Positions 23,259 through 36,460 of a stretch of DNA of 64,000 nt are shown here, piece after piece. Position numbers and translations under genes: made by a program. Source of the DNA: Trichinella spiralis (lineage: Eukaryota). The notes under the pieces are model-generated. The model worked only from the letters and a program-made list of their open reading frames with translations. It made no database searches and was not told where the DNA came from. Location: the NCBI RefSeq assembly GCF_000181795.1, contig NW_003526943.1, positions 808,487-872,486 of the forward strand, given 5' to 3'. Every line of letters begins with the position of its first letter. The stretch's first letter is position 1.

Positions 23259-26200
23259 ATGCCCCACATCAGCTATTTCAGTAAATTATTTATTTTCAAT
23301 CTTTTTCTTTTATTAAATAAAAAATTACCATCAATTGCATGCAAATTATTTAAATTTATTTTAAAATGAATTTTACTACGAAACATAATTCTAATCTTTA
23401 AAAAATTTTCTGATTAACTGATTTATGTTAAAGGATTGTTTGAAATAAAAAAATATGATAATTAAATTTATCTGCTTTTAATTTATCTATTTTAGTTTAC
23501 ATTTATTATGTTGCGTATATTGTTGCACACACAAGTAATATTAAAGTTGGCCAACCATGCGGTCCTGAAGATAAAAAATGGCACGCCTTTCCGAATGATA
23601 TGACAAAATTTATTTCTTGCAATTCTAAAGATTGGTAAGAAAATACTTTTAATTATATGCCATTATTAGCAGCAATTTCTTTTTATTGGCATAATTATTT
23701 AACTGTTGTTAATGAATTCTATCAAGCAGGGGTAATATGCGTTATTTCAACGTTGTGAACATGATCAACTGTATCTTTTACTATAACTTTTCCTAAAATG
23801 CAAATAAAAGTAACAATAACACGATTTCACCAACTATATCTGTTAGTTATATAATTCAGAAACACTGCAACACATGACGCATAATAATCGCTTGCTATTG
23901 CTTTATAATCGTCAATTTTTCAATACCTTTTTGTTGCAATGGAACAGTCACGTTCTTACAATGGTTCAAGAATTGAACAACAGCCGCGCTTTTATTAAAA
24001 AGCATCTAGCAGATGTAGACAGACAACTAATTGTTGATCAGTTGCTGGATTTATCTCCAAAAGATAAATTGCGCAAATGATTTTGACATTTCATGTAAAA
24101 AAGCAGTGTTACAAAATAAAAGATTAATTAATCTTCTGTGGTCTATGTATTAAGAATAAAAATAGTGGCTATTTTTTATGAATTTTTCATATATTTGCAT
24201 ACATTTAATTATTATTAATTATTTATTTCGTTTTAGGAAGTATGGTGTTGAAAATTGTGAAAAAGACTGTGGTTTGCAAAAGGTTTTCAATGAAATTCAC
24301 CAGGCATGCCTTTATCCATATAATATTTCACTTGAAAGTTTGCGTTTGGCTGCCCGATGTTACCCTGTAAAAGTCGGAGATAGTTGCCAAATTGATGATG
24401 ATTGTGAACCGACAATGAAATGTCAAAATAAACATTGCAAATGCAAAGAAAGTTATGAAGAATTTAATCAAAACTGTTATAAAGGTATTGCTGTAATTTA
24501 TTTAAATGAAAAAAATTCAAATTTTACATTTTAAATGAAGCATTTTAGTATTAAAAAGTAACTTATATTGTGATATAATTTTAATTATTTCTGCTTAATT
24601 TGCTCAAAATTTTGAAAATATTGTCTCATTTATATGCTTTTGCTTTTTGAGCAACAACAGTTATTTAACATTTGCCTTGCTTTCAGATGATGCACTTTGT
24701 CCCAACGCTACAGTTACTAAAAGTCATGGTTCTATAATTACATGCTCGTTTAGTAAGCAGTGTCCTCAGAGTAGTTTTTGCAATTATGATAAAACAAATA
24801 AATTTCCATCTGTCTGCTGTCATGAAAAGAAGCGAAGTAATATTTTTACCTTGCCTAAATAATCAAATTGCTATTTGGATGATGTGAAAAATGTTTTTCA
24901 TAAATTTAGGTGCTGAAATTTGTTGGCCCTGGGCCCCATATTTTGTCAATGAAAAGCCGCTGAAATGCAATCCAGAGTCGAATCCTTGTCCTCATGGTTT
25001 CAGTTGTCAGTTTGATGAAATTATGAATAGTCATTTTTGTTGCATGAAAAGAGCAAGCATCAGTTTTCCATCAAAAACAACTGTCACTGCAACAGCGCCA
25101 ACCGCGTGTAATATATTTACTCGAATTACTAATTTTGTCTGAATTTTTTGGATATATTTGAGAAAGTTTTTTAATATATGATTTAAAATTGCTTTCAGAT
25201 CAACCAGCTACTTTTCGTGTCTGCCCAACTGGCAGTGCGCCTTATTTATTGAATGGTTATCCAGTAGCTTGTGCACCACAAACTCAAGAGAATGGATGCC
25301 CAGAAGAATTTTCTTGCCAACTCCACCCTTCAACTGGAGCTTATTTTTGTTGTGAAAAACCCAAGCGTCGATTGTCGACTGCAAATATGAATCGGTTTTC
25401 TTCAAATTCTAACATGGCTCCAATTGGTCATATTTGTTTATTTATTTATTTATTTTTTTTTGAAATATATAATTATTTTCAATTTAGTTGTCGACGGATG
25501 TCCACCAATGACAATAAGTGCAAGCATTGAAAGTGGAAAGCCGATGTTATGCGATTTGCTTCATTTGAACAGTTGCCCAACTGGAAGCGTTTGTTTGTAT
25601 AGTCAGTTTTATCGGCATTATCAATGCTGTCATCCAGAAAAAAAATCGTCCATTTCTTACAGCGAAAAAAATACTGCTGCTGCAATTTCTGGTATTTAAC
25701 ATTAATGAGAAAAAAATTATTCATCTCACAAATAAAATTGTTCGCGTTTTTCTTATCATTTCTTTGACATAAATGTAGATTTATTCAAAATATTTAATCA
25801 AACCCAGATATTTAAATCATATTATTATTATTATTATTATTACGTGTGCATTATCTATTTTTTTTAAATAAAGCAGGCAAATTTTCCAATTAAACAATTT
25901 AGCATCCAAATTGTTTTATATACATTTTGGCTAAATGCACTTAAAACTTTGAGTTTTTGTGGCATTTTAGGCAAAATTTGCTTTGTTTAAAACAGGATTT
26001 TGTTGCTAATTTATTAGATTGTGTTTTTAGCAATGGAAAGTTGTTCCAAAGGAGAGTTAGCACTTCGTGATCAACAGACTGGCTTGAATGTCAGATGTAA
26101 GCTGAACAGCAGTATCAGCGAAACCTGTCCAATTGGTTATACTTGTAAACCGTCAGAACGTCATATTGGAAGTGGCATTTGTTGCAGCAAAAATTTAAGT

Positions 26201-28908
26201 ATAAATTCAAAAAACAATTATTAATGCTTCTTGTTAATTTGTTTATGTTATTTTTAAGCGTGTCCCGATGGTTCATCACATTTTACAGATCCTTTTACTT
26301 TGTTGCCAATGCGATGCTCCGTTAACCATAATAATAATTGTCCGGCAGGTTATGGATGCATATTTAGCCAAAACTCTGGCATCTGTTGTTCTTTAAACAA
26401 AAATGATAGTTTTGAAAAAGAAAGAGATAAATTATGTCCTGCCGGAGATCCGCTGGCTGATACCGTTAAGAGAAATTCATTTCATTATTGTTCAGAATTT
26501 GAACAATGTCCCATCGGTTATGAGTGCACAAATACATTGAATGGATCTCTTTGTTGCCCATCTCGAGGTATGAGAAAAGTTGAGCTTATATTTTAAAATA
26601 TTACAATGATGAAACATGAATGAAATATTTTCAGAAACTGTTTGCACGCAATTATTAAACGATGGTGTCTCTTGTGAACGGCCCAGATCTGTTAATTATT
26701 TCTTTAATGTAAAGTTGGGCATTTGTCAACCATTATTTTACAAAGGTTGTGCTGGAAACGCAAATAATTTTCCAACAATGGCTGCATGTGAAAATTTTTG
26801 TTTTTCTGGTTAGTTTTCCATTATTGTCATTGTATTGCTTATATTTTTCTATGTGAGTTTAGTAAATTAATTAATGAAAAAAAATATTTTAGGAATGTGT
26901 CAAAAAGGAAATCCCGCTTTGGAAAATGGAAAATTAATCCGCTGTGATTTTTCTGATAAAGTATGTCCTTTAGAACATCGCTGTGTGCATCCAGTTTACG
27001 GTCCACCATCACTGCGAGTTTGTTGCCCAAGTGCAAGTATGGTAGTTTTTGTGACATATATATATGCATATATATATTTATTTATTTATTATTTAAGGTA
27101 TAATTTGCTCTTCTGATAAAGATGAAGGATCGTTTTGCAATGTCAACCAAATTAGTGGTTCAGTAACCCGATATTATTTCGATTTTAGTACTCGATCTTG
27201 TCAGTCATTTCAGTTCAAAGGTTGCGAAGGGAATTCGAACAACTTTGAATCGTTAAAATTATGCATGAAATTTTGCTCTGGCTTTACCACCCCTCTGTCT
27301 CCTCTGCATAGTTCCTTTACATTAAAACAGCGAAACTTCAATATCCAAAGCAATTCATTGTGTAAAATACCTGGTCATCATGTAGCACCGGGATTTTTAA
27401 ACTTCAACTGTGATCCATTTGTATCATCAAGTTGTCCTGAGGGCTATTCCTGTCAAAGTTCAGTCAACAATCAAGGCTACATTTGCTGTGGAAAATCAAT
27501 TAAAGAAACGACAATAGATATTGCTAAATTGAAAGGCATAAGAATTTATGACTTAAAATATTAGGTAGCTTGTATAATGTATTGTATTCAATAGGTTCTT
27601 TATGCCCTACTGGATCTGCCGTGTATACTCAAGCAATTAACAATGAAGCTCTGAAATGCAATGTTGAACAAAACTGTCCTCATGGCTATGTCTGCTCTTA
27701 CAGTCAAACTGCTCAGCAGCATTATTGTTGTTCTGTTGAATTTTCTGAAACAAGTAGAATCAAACAAATAATGAAAGTTTATTTGCTAATTTTTACTTAA
27801 ATTTAGAATCAGAAGATTGCCCTTTTGGTCAACCATACATCTATTCAAACACTAATCAACCACTGTCGTGTAAACTGGAGGATGATCGCTGTCCTACGGG
27901 TTATAGGTGTCACATATCTCCAATAACAAATGCATTGCTATGCTGCCCTGCTAATGAAGAAGGTATGCAATTTACCACTTAATAAATTTTACAAGTAAAT
28001 AATAGCATTAAAATGATTTTAGTTAATGTATAATTTATTAAATCATATCATATAGACAGTTAGAGCAAAGTTTGTTAAAAGTTTGATTATGTTATTTATG
28101 TTGAAGCTTAAATGAGAGTTAGCCATTTATATTATATTTTACAATTATTATTTTATTATTAAAATTTACCGTTTAGTACTTCACACAACTGCGAAGAATG
28201 CTTTCGCTGCAAAGACTCATTCACCACTTTCCATCTTACAAACTCTCAAACAGAAGTTTACTCCAAAAGATGGTCAAGTAATTAGTTTAACACATTCTCC
28301 AAAAATTTACAACAATGCAGTAGGTTCATCTACGCCTTGTGACACTTCGTTCAGTAATCATTTTTAATTATGAAATCAATTGAGTTATTTTAATAAATAA
28401 TTTGAAATTAAGAAAAAACATACGGTCAGCAATGTTGCTCTGACGAACAGTGCCTGTACAAATGTATTGAATATAAAAGCAAGAAAATTTGCTCATGTCC
28501 GAGACATCTTCTTTTAGACTTAACGATGGAAACTCCTCGTTGTGGTAAAAAAAGATTTAATTTACTGTTATCTGTTAAATGTCTTTTGCTATTTTTAACA
28601 TATTTTTCACAAATACAATAAAAATAAAACTTAAAATGCTATTTTATGTTTCTTTAAGTATAAATTGAATACAATTTTTGCAATCTGTTTTTTAAAATTC
28701 AATTATATTTAAAACTTAAAAAAATGTAATTAATGGAAATCTTTTATTAAACAATATTTAAAAACTTTAAGCGAAAATAATCATTTGAAAAAATATGCTA
28801 AATAATATTGTAAATAAACAAAAAAATTTTATATTGTTTTCAGTTTCTCGATGTGACAAACAACGAGATGGAGCATTCTGTGTGAGACAAAAATGGTTCA
28901 AACACTGA
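23259..28908 (+). CDS. Large Cys-rich, probably secreted matrix protein: peritrophin-A/CBM14-like + EB-like + many lustrin-cysteine (DC) repeats + 2 Kunitz/BPTI domains
   Basis: Many exons. Repeated CP.G.......C......CP.GY.C........CC modules; Kunitz signatures YFFNVKLGICQPLFYKGCAGNANNFPTMAACENFC (~26697-26808) and YYFDFSTRSCQSFQFKGCEGNSNNFESLKLCMKFC (~27170-27277); last exon ends CVRQKWFKH*. Start ATG tentative. Confidence 0.85.
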
Positions 28909-29598
28909 CCGATTATCAATGAAGAAGATGCGGAATGAACTTTCACAATTTGAAAAGCATACAGACAAACGATGTATGCGTTTCTAAATAAATTCTAATG
29001 CTCCATAGTTGCCATAAATTATAAAATTTAGAAAATAAAAAATATCGTTATAGAAAACAAAAAGAAAAATAATTTTTAATAAAAATGTTGTTCAACATTA
29101 ATTTTTATATCTAAATAATTCTAACAAACAACATGTTTTTCATTATTCATTAGTTAGTTTTGTTTTTATTTTTAAAATTTATTTTAAAGAATAGGTAATA
29201 TTTTAAATTAAAAAATACTTATTAATTACTGGAAATCAAATAATTAGTTTAAATTCATGAGTTACACTAAAATGAAAATGCTTAATACAAATTGACTTTT
29301 AGTTTATAGCTTTTTTCTCTTAACAGAACCAAATTACGAACTTTACCAAACAGTAGAACCAAATAAATATGCTTTTTAAGCAAAATGTTTGCGTGTAAAA
29401 ATTTTGCTGATATAACAATTTAATATTATACGAAATATGAAACTACTGTCAAAATTCATTGGATAAAAAAAAGGAAACAATTTGAAATAAAAAAAAATTT
29501 TTCTAACCCTTCAGTTAAGAATAATAAAAGCTTTTCAAAAAACATTTTCAACTTCGTAAAGTTACTTTGTTAAGCTTGTTTACAACTTAAAGTATGAC

Positions 29599-29600
<2 letters not shown>

Positions 29601-29633
<33 letters not shown>
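29601..29633. repeat. (AT)n microsatellite
   Basis: Pure AT run. Confidence 0.95.
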
Positions 29634-29636
<3 letters not shown>

Positions 29637-30063
29637 CTTGCAGATATCTAAAACTGAGCTTGTTATTTGAAAAGAATTTGTATATAATTTAAAAGTAAAT
29701 AATTCAGTTATAACTAAAGAAAGTGACATTTATTTCAAAGTAACATTCACTTTTCATAGCAATATTAAAAGCAATGAAGCCTGAGGAGGCTTTTTGATAT
29801 TGAAATTTATAATACATTGATCGGTGAGAATTGAAGCGTTGAAAACTGAAGCGGTGAGAAGGAATACTTCAATGATGACACTTGTTGATAATAATAATAA
29901 AAAGTAACTTTTTTTCAGAAATTTATTAGCAACTGCCTTTTCCCTGGTTCTGGTATTCATTGGAAAAAATGGATTCTTTGCTAATGTTGTGTAATGGATT
30001 TGCAGTCTTGCTGATCGTGTGACCACCTGCTTTTTGGTGGAGGTCAAGCTCATGCTAGTAAAC

Positions 30064-30125
30064 AGAGCAGCTGTCGAGCTGAGTCAGCTTCAACAGATCT
30101 AGACTAGCTTGAACAGTTGCTATCT
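30064..30125. ncRNA. Candidate pre-miRNA-like hairpin
   Basis: AGCAGCTGT/ACAGTTGCT, CGAGCT/AGCTTG and AGTC/GACT pair into an ~19-bp interrupted stem with a short loop, in GC-richer intergenic sequence. No expression evidence. Confidence 0.35.
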
Positions 30126-32269
30126 AGACCCAGCTGCAACACTGCTCTCCAGGGGACAGAAGCATAAATCAAAGCTGCAAACCTGAAAAATAGTTAACAT
30201 CAACTGCTTCAAACCATCCTTTCATCTTTCACTTTCTGTTAGACCTGTTAAAATATTTCATGCTTCACACCATTTTTGATGAAAATTGTATTATGATCAT
30301 TTATTATTATTATTCGATTAATCAATTAATCTTAAGCTTCTGACAAGAAAAACAAACTCTTTTTTTCAAATTATATAAATTTCAAAAGTAATAAAATTTT
30401 AAGTGGTAATTAAAATTTATTTTTTTCTCTTTTCCATTTCTTAAAAATTTCTTTTCTTTTTTATTTTTCTCATTTTTTTAAAACTTACCTTGTTCCACAA
30501 GCTGTCTCTGACACGTTTGTCCGTTGACCATCTGCTACTCACTACTGGGAATTTATTTTGCCAACTGATCATAAAATAAGATGCTGCCGAAATAAACAAA
30601 GTATTCTGGCATACATTCAAATTATCACTTTGTCATTTTATTCATTTCCTTTTTCCTTATGTAAATTTAACTTTTGCACGTATGGATTTCACAAAAATGA
30701 TAAATAAAATTACAATATTATTATTCATTAAAATCAGCAACTCTAAACAAAAAACCATATCATCATCTCTAAGAAAAACAACCATAAAGCAGTGCAAGTT
30801 ATAATATAGTACATTATATTTTAAAAAATTATTTTGTATTGTTGTTATAATATTTACTACAATAGATACTTTTGAAATATATAAAATTGAAAATAACACA
30901 AAAGAGATGAAAAAACAGAAGTTATGAGTAAAACATCACAAAGTATTTTTTAAAAATATGTATATATATGTATGTATAGTTAGATAAATAAATAAATATA
31001 GATAGATGGACAGATAGACAAAGATAGAATGAATAAGTAATCAATGATAGACGGTCTGGATTGCAATGTAGAGTAGATGAAGATTAGTGGATGAGAGAAT
31101 GTGAACTTCGGCTGTGCATGGATTAAAACAAGGGTTCTCAACTGGGGAAATTTACAGATTTCTGGAGAGAATTCCGTTTTCAGATTTGTAGACTCAGAAT
31201 GGCATTCTACTGGACGTTTTTTGTCTAATAAAATGGAAAAGCCTACTATGAAAATAATTGAAGTAAATACCAATATAATAATAAATATATTTTCAATATT
31301 ATATTTGCATTATTTGGAGTCAAACAGTCTGCAAAGGGGGAATGATGTTGTGACAAACGATAAAAAAGTGCCACTAGATTAAAGAATGCTGAATTAAGAC
31401 GCAAGTTAGAAGGCAGCCAGTGATGGTTTGCTAATGACCAGTCGTAACGTTCAGCTTTTTGAGAACCGTCTATAACAAAGACATTCAACTTTGATCGTTT
31501 GCTGGCCTTGCCCGACGCATACAATACAAGCCAAAAGGCTAATTGTCAGTTGGCGTCGTTGGGATCCAATGCATGCAGCTGGTTGGAGTGTCTCAGATGA
31601 CGTTTGCATCCGCTTACAAATAGAAAAGCTCAGATAGTTAAAGCTAAGTGGACCAACCCGACAGCCGTTCGGTCAAATATTGACTCGGCACACCTCATCA
31701 TTTTTGCCTCAGTTTGACGCCGTCCGTTCAGTTCTATCCATCTCTGACAGCTGTCAGGCTAGGCCAAAAACACTGAAAATCACGAGGACGACTGGTTACT
31801 TTTATTCATTTATTCAGTCAGTCTGTCTTTCAGCTGTCGGTCAGGTCGGTTGTGATTCTTCTGTTGGTGCGCAGTCAATTTGTCATTTGGTATTCAATCT
31901 TTCTTCTTTCTTATTTTACATTCTTCCTCTTCATATTCATTTCATGAATTTATATTTTAAACTTTTCTTTCATAAAATTTATTCAACCATTTATTTACTC
32001 CGTTAGTCCATTATGAAAAGATTATTTGTATTCAGCTTTTCCGTTGGTTAATTTTATTTTCCCTTTTAGCGTTTATTCTATACATATATATATATTGTAG
32101 TAGAATAATACGATCATAGTCATTTACGTGTATATTTATTTATTTTTTTTGTATGATTTTCATTTTTACTTGCACAATTACAATGGCGTCTTAAATTTCT
32201 TATTATTTTTATCAATTAATGAATAAACGAATGAAATATTTCAGTTTTATTGTGTCAAATATTGAAAAA

Positions 32270-33518
32270 ATGGATAGAGAGCAAGATGAAAAAAGTTTTA
32301 CATCAGAAAATATGTGGTGCGGTCAGTCGACAGTGCAATCGTGTTCAATTTCTGAAGAAAGATCAATTTTATTATCCCAAGCAGCGATCATGGACGTTGT
32401 GGAAAGTTTACGTCCATCCAATGGACAACAACGCTTGACAGCGAGGCAAACTTGGCAAACCATATCCGGCTTCCAAGTTGGTCGTCGTTTCAAATCTTTC
32501 TTAGAATTTGAACAAGCATTCGATGCTTGGAAATCCAAGCATTTTCACACTTTCCGAGTGGCCAGCTCAGAAACTTTACGCTTAAAGAACGGCGTCATTG
32601 ATCCAATTTTCAGATACCGGTACATAGTTTACCACTGCGCTCACTACGGTGCACCACGTGTACGAGGTAAATTATTAATTATTAATTTTTTTCTACTTTT
32701 CTTTTCTAAAGAGTATTTTCAAATACAAAACAATGAATAATAATTTGATAAATTACAACTTATCAAATGAACAAATATCATTTCAAGTTATAAGTGACAG
32801 AGGTTATTGTGGTTCTTGAAAACGGTAAAACTCTGTAAAAAGCTTTCAACAAAAATGTGAAAAATTATAACAACAGTTCTAGGTAATAGTAGTAAATTAC
32901 AATATTGCTGGAAAAACCCAAGTGAAAGCCATGTATATGCTGAAGCTGATGAAATGAGCTTACTTTTCAGGTCTCATTCGACACCGAAAATATAATTATT
33001 TACCCTGCGGTTGCACGGCTATGTTGCGACTTAATTACAGTTGGTCAGAGCACACTTTACGCCTAACTACTTTGCATGAAGAACATTCAGGTCATGATGT
33101 ATCGGAAGAGGCTTATAAAGAATTTGCTGAAAAATCTAGGCGTTTCGGGACGAGGCAAAATCTTGCAAATGCGACTCGTCGTTTAAGTGCACAGTTGCTG
33201 CCAAATGTCTTTGCCAACTGTCAGACTGTGGAAGCGATTTTAAATCGCAGTGATAATTCTGATCAAGAAAATAATGACTCAGCAGCAGGCAAAAGTGTGG
33301 CTGATAAATCAATGGCCGTTGTAGATGGTGAACAAGCAAATGCAGAAAAAGTAAAACCATCGTCAACACCACGAACGGACGAGGATCGTTTCCAAATGAT
33401 TCACGTTGTTTTGCAAAGCTTATGCGATGATTTGTTGGTAACTGAAGATACTCAATTAGATGAAAAGCTCACTCAACTTGCTGCTTTACATTCTCAATGG
33501 CAAGCGGTGAATTTGTAA
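32270..33518 (+). CDS. ZSWIM3-N/FAR1-like (WRKY-GCM1 fold) putative DNA-binding protein, related to Mutator-type transposase DBDs
   Basis: Exons 32270-32666 and 32971-33518 join in frame: FQVGRRFKSFLEFEQAFDAW...FRYRYIVYHCAHYGAPRVRG|LIRHRKYNYLPCGCTAMLRL...LHEEHSGH (C..C..HxxH zinc ligands), then a low-complexity linker and a helical tail. Confidence 0.75.
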
Positions 33519-34898
33519 ACGCCTCCATCATCTCGAAACTTTTTTTACCATCTTGAAAATTTCACACCATAAGCAATGTTATTCACCACCATCTACCACT
33601 TTATTCTTAAAAATTACCGTAATGTTTCATTATATTTACATATGAACTTTGTACAATAGCTATATTTTATTAAGAAATTTTCCTAACTGCTTCTAACTAC
33701 TTTAGCATCATTACTTTAGAAATTCTTGAAAAAGAAATGGAGAAAATGAATTAAACCGAAAGGTCTTGCTTTGTATTTTCACTAGATGATTAAATTTTAA
33801 TAATAAGCAGCGACGATTTTGTCTATAAAACTTTATGAACAGTAAAATGAAACTACAAATTATCGTAAAAATTTAATGACTTTGAAGTAAGAAATATCTG
33901 AAAATACTTTGAAGCAAGTTTAATTTTTACAACATTAATTTATTGATCATATTTCACTTATTTTATTTTGAATTTTTTAATGAACAGCACAGAATTGAAA
34001 AACCGTGCTCTAGAGTATTTATTTCTAATTAATATTAATAAAATTTTAGAACATCTGAACATGCTAAAGAAGGAAAAGGCTTATAAAAAATTTTTCTTCA
34101 AATCTTCTAAACAATTTCAAACAAACTTATCCTGAAAGGTGCAAAATTTTCACTTTTAGCAAATGCTCAAGTAACTTATGCATATACATAGCTAAGAATA
34201 GGTTAAAATTGGAATTCTTCTAAACAAACGTTACTTTTATATTAATGGAGCACCACAGCTTGCTAAATACCAAAAGTAATGAAATCAAAAAATTCATTTC
34301 AAAAAATTTACATAGAAGTTCGGTTTTGTTAAACTGCTATTTGTAAAACTGTGGTGGATAAGCTCAAGAAAATACCTACTCATCTTTTGCTTGACGCTAT
34401 AGTACACTTAATTTGTTTCGGTGTCTTGAATTGACAAACATACGCGCTTCCTGCACATGATTGATTGTCTTCCAAAGTATTAGATTTTATCACACGTTTT
34501 GATTTTTCCGGCATCAGTAAACAGGCGAATATTGTATATGTGGAACAATGCATGCAATGGGCTAAAACTTACCTACTTATCAATATTTTAATTTAAGCCG
34601 TGGTTCGGTCCAATTTTTGTCCCCAATCACCGCTAGTCAACGGAACTTCTGTGTTATAATAAATTTAGCCTTTTTGAAACGATAATTTTATTTTCATATA
34701 TAACTGAATTAAATAAAATTTGAAGTAGGTAAAAAACTTCGTTTAAATTTTTATTTGAACTTGAATTTTACAAAATAAAATTTATTACAGTATGCTTTTT
34801 GGCTTTTGTTCGTAATTGAAATGAGTTATTTTTTTTATGAAACATATTTTCAGTTATTTATTTTCTAATTTTGAAATGCTAATAATGTTTAAGAAATT

Positions 34899-35752
34899 AT
34901 GAATCGACGTCGTTTTCACAAAGATGACGATGACGATGACAGTTATTTACGTGGTGCGAAAACGGCAATGGATGAGCAAAGAAGAAGATTAGAAAAGCTC
35001 TTGCAAAACATTGTTAGTGATAGGAATATATTTATTGTTTTATCATGTAATTAATTATTAGGAAAAGCCTGCTTATATTCCTGAAAAGCCGAAAGAATGG
35101 AAACCTGAACCTCCTCCTGAATTTGTTCGAAATGTAGTAGGTAAGTTCAGTCGTATAAATTTTAAACGTTGAAATGATGCATTTGAGGTTCGAGTGCTGG
35201 AGCTGGCAGTGGAGAATATCATATATATAGAAATATAAGGAAGAAGGAAAATGAAAGATTGCAGTACATTGAACAGCAGGCTATTAAAGTTAGTTATTTT
35301 TATTTTTTGCATGTATTTGAGTTTTAAGTTTAGGAAAAATTGGACAGAGAATTTGAGGAAAGACAAGAAGAGCGAAAACGGCTTGCGGAAGCAAAAACAG
35401 CAAAAAAGCGGGCTAAAAGGCAAGAACATATAAATTATATTGACATTTTCAAGTTACAGAATATTCTGTGCTGTATAGATAAATTTTTAATGTTGATAAT
35501 TGTTTATGTAATAATTGGTCAGCTTTTGCTTGTTTTGGTTAACAGAGAAATATAGAAATTATTGTTCTTTTAGGAATCGAAGAAAGTTAAATATACGATT
35601 GAAAAAAGCTGCTAAAGGTATTTTTCCTTTAAAACGAGTAGAATATAGCATATTTAATTTTAGGAAGTAAATTACAAAGCACTGCACCAGATATTTCGGA
35701 AAATGAAGTAAAAGACACATTACCGGATTTTGAAAGCGATGTCCATCAATGA
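34899..35752 (+). CDS. PRKRIP1: PRKR-interacting protein 1 (DUF1168; spliceosome C* factor)
   Basis: [35 protein letters not shown]...EAKTAKKRAKR across six exons. Confidence 0.94.
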
Positions 35753-36460
35753 ACAGAGCTTTACGTGTGAAAATTTTAAAGAGATAATGCAATGCTGCAC
35801 ATATCCAATGTATTATTGTTGTTAAATTTTAATAAAGTTTATGTATTCATGAAAAGTGAATACAAATGATTGATTTATTACAATGAGTACAATAAATTTA
35901 CAATATTAATTGACAAACTTATGTAATATAAAAGAAATTGGGTGCAGAATAAAGGGTAGAGAGGAGAAGAGTGTATTCTGCAAGGATAGGATGCGTTTTA
36001 TCTGAAATTTTTTCATTTCGAAAGTCTTGTTGAATTGCACTGAACGAAATGCTTGATTTTTAACAGATTAGCATTTGTGATAGCTTGTGTTGCGTAAATC
36101 AAAATTTCTTGTAAAATGTAATTTATTAATTAATTATAATTGAATTTAGATATAATGTTTGACTCCAAGCAAACTAGCTGAAAACACGAAATAAATGTGA
36201 AGCAGTTTCTAAATTTACTGCATGACAAATGAAGAAATGCTATTTTCAATTCTTTTTTATACGGTTTACATAAACAAGAAAATTAATTGCGGCGTTCATT
36301 TACAGCACAAATAGCGGCCTGGTGGAGCAGCTAAGCGCGCAATTGAGAAACATTATAATCATCATTAAACAAGCAGAAATTATCTGGCTTGGCTTTCAAA
36401 ATTATCTAATGCATTTTTGGTAATCTCACTTTTCGTTTACATTTTACTACAGTCTATTAT

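Noticed and set aside
36314..36345. tRNA 5'-half-like GGCCTGGTGGAGCAGCTAAGCGCGC
   Set aside because: No B-box/T-arm or acceptor-stem partner downstream; cannot fold a cloverleaf.
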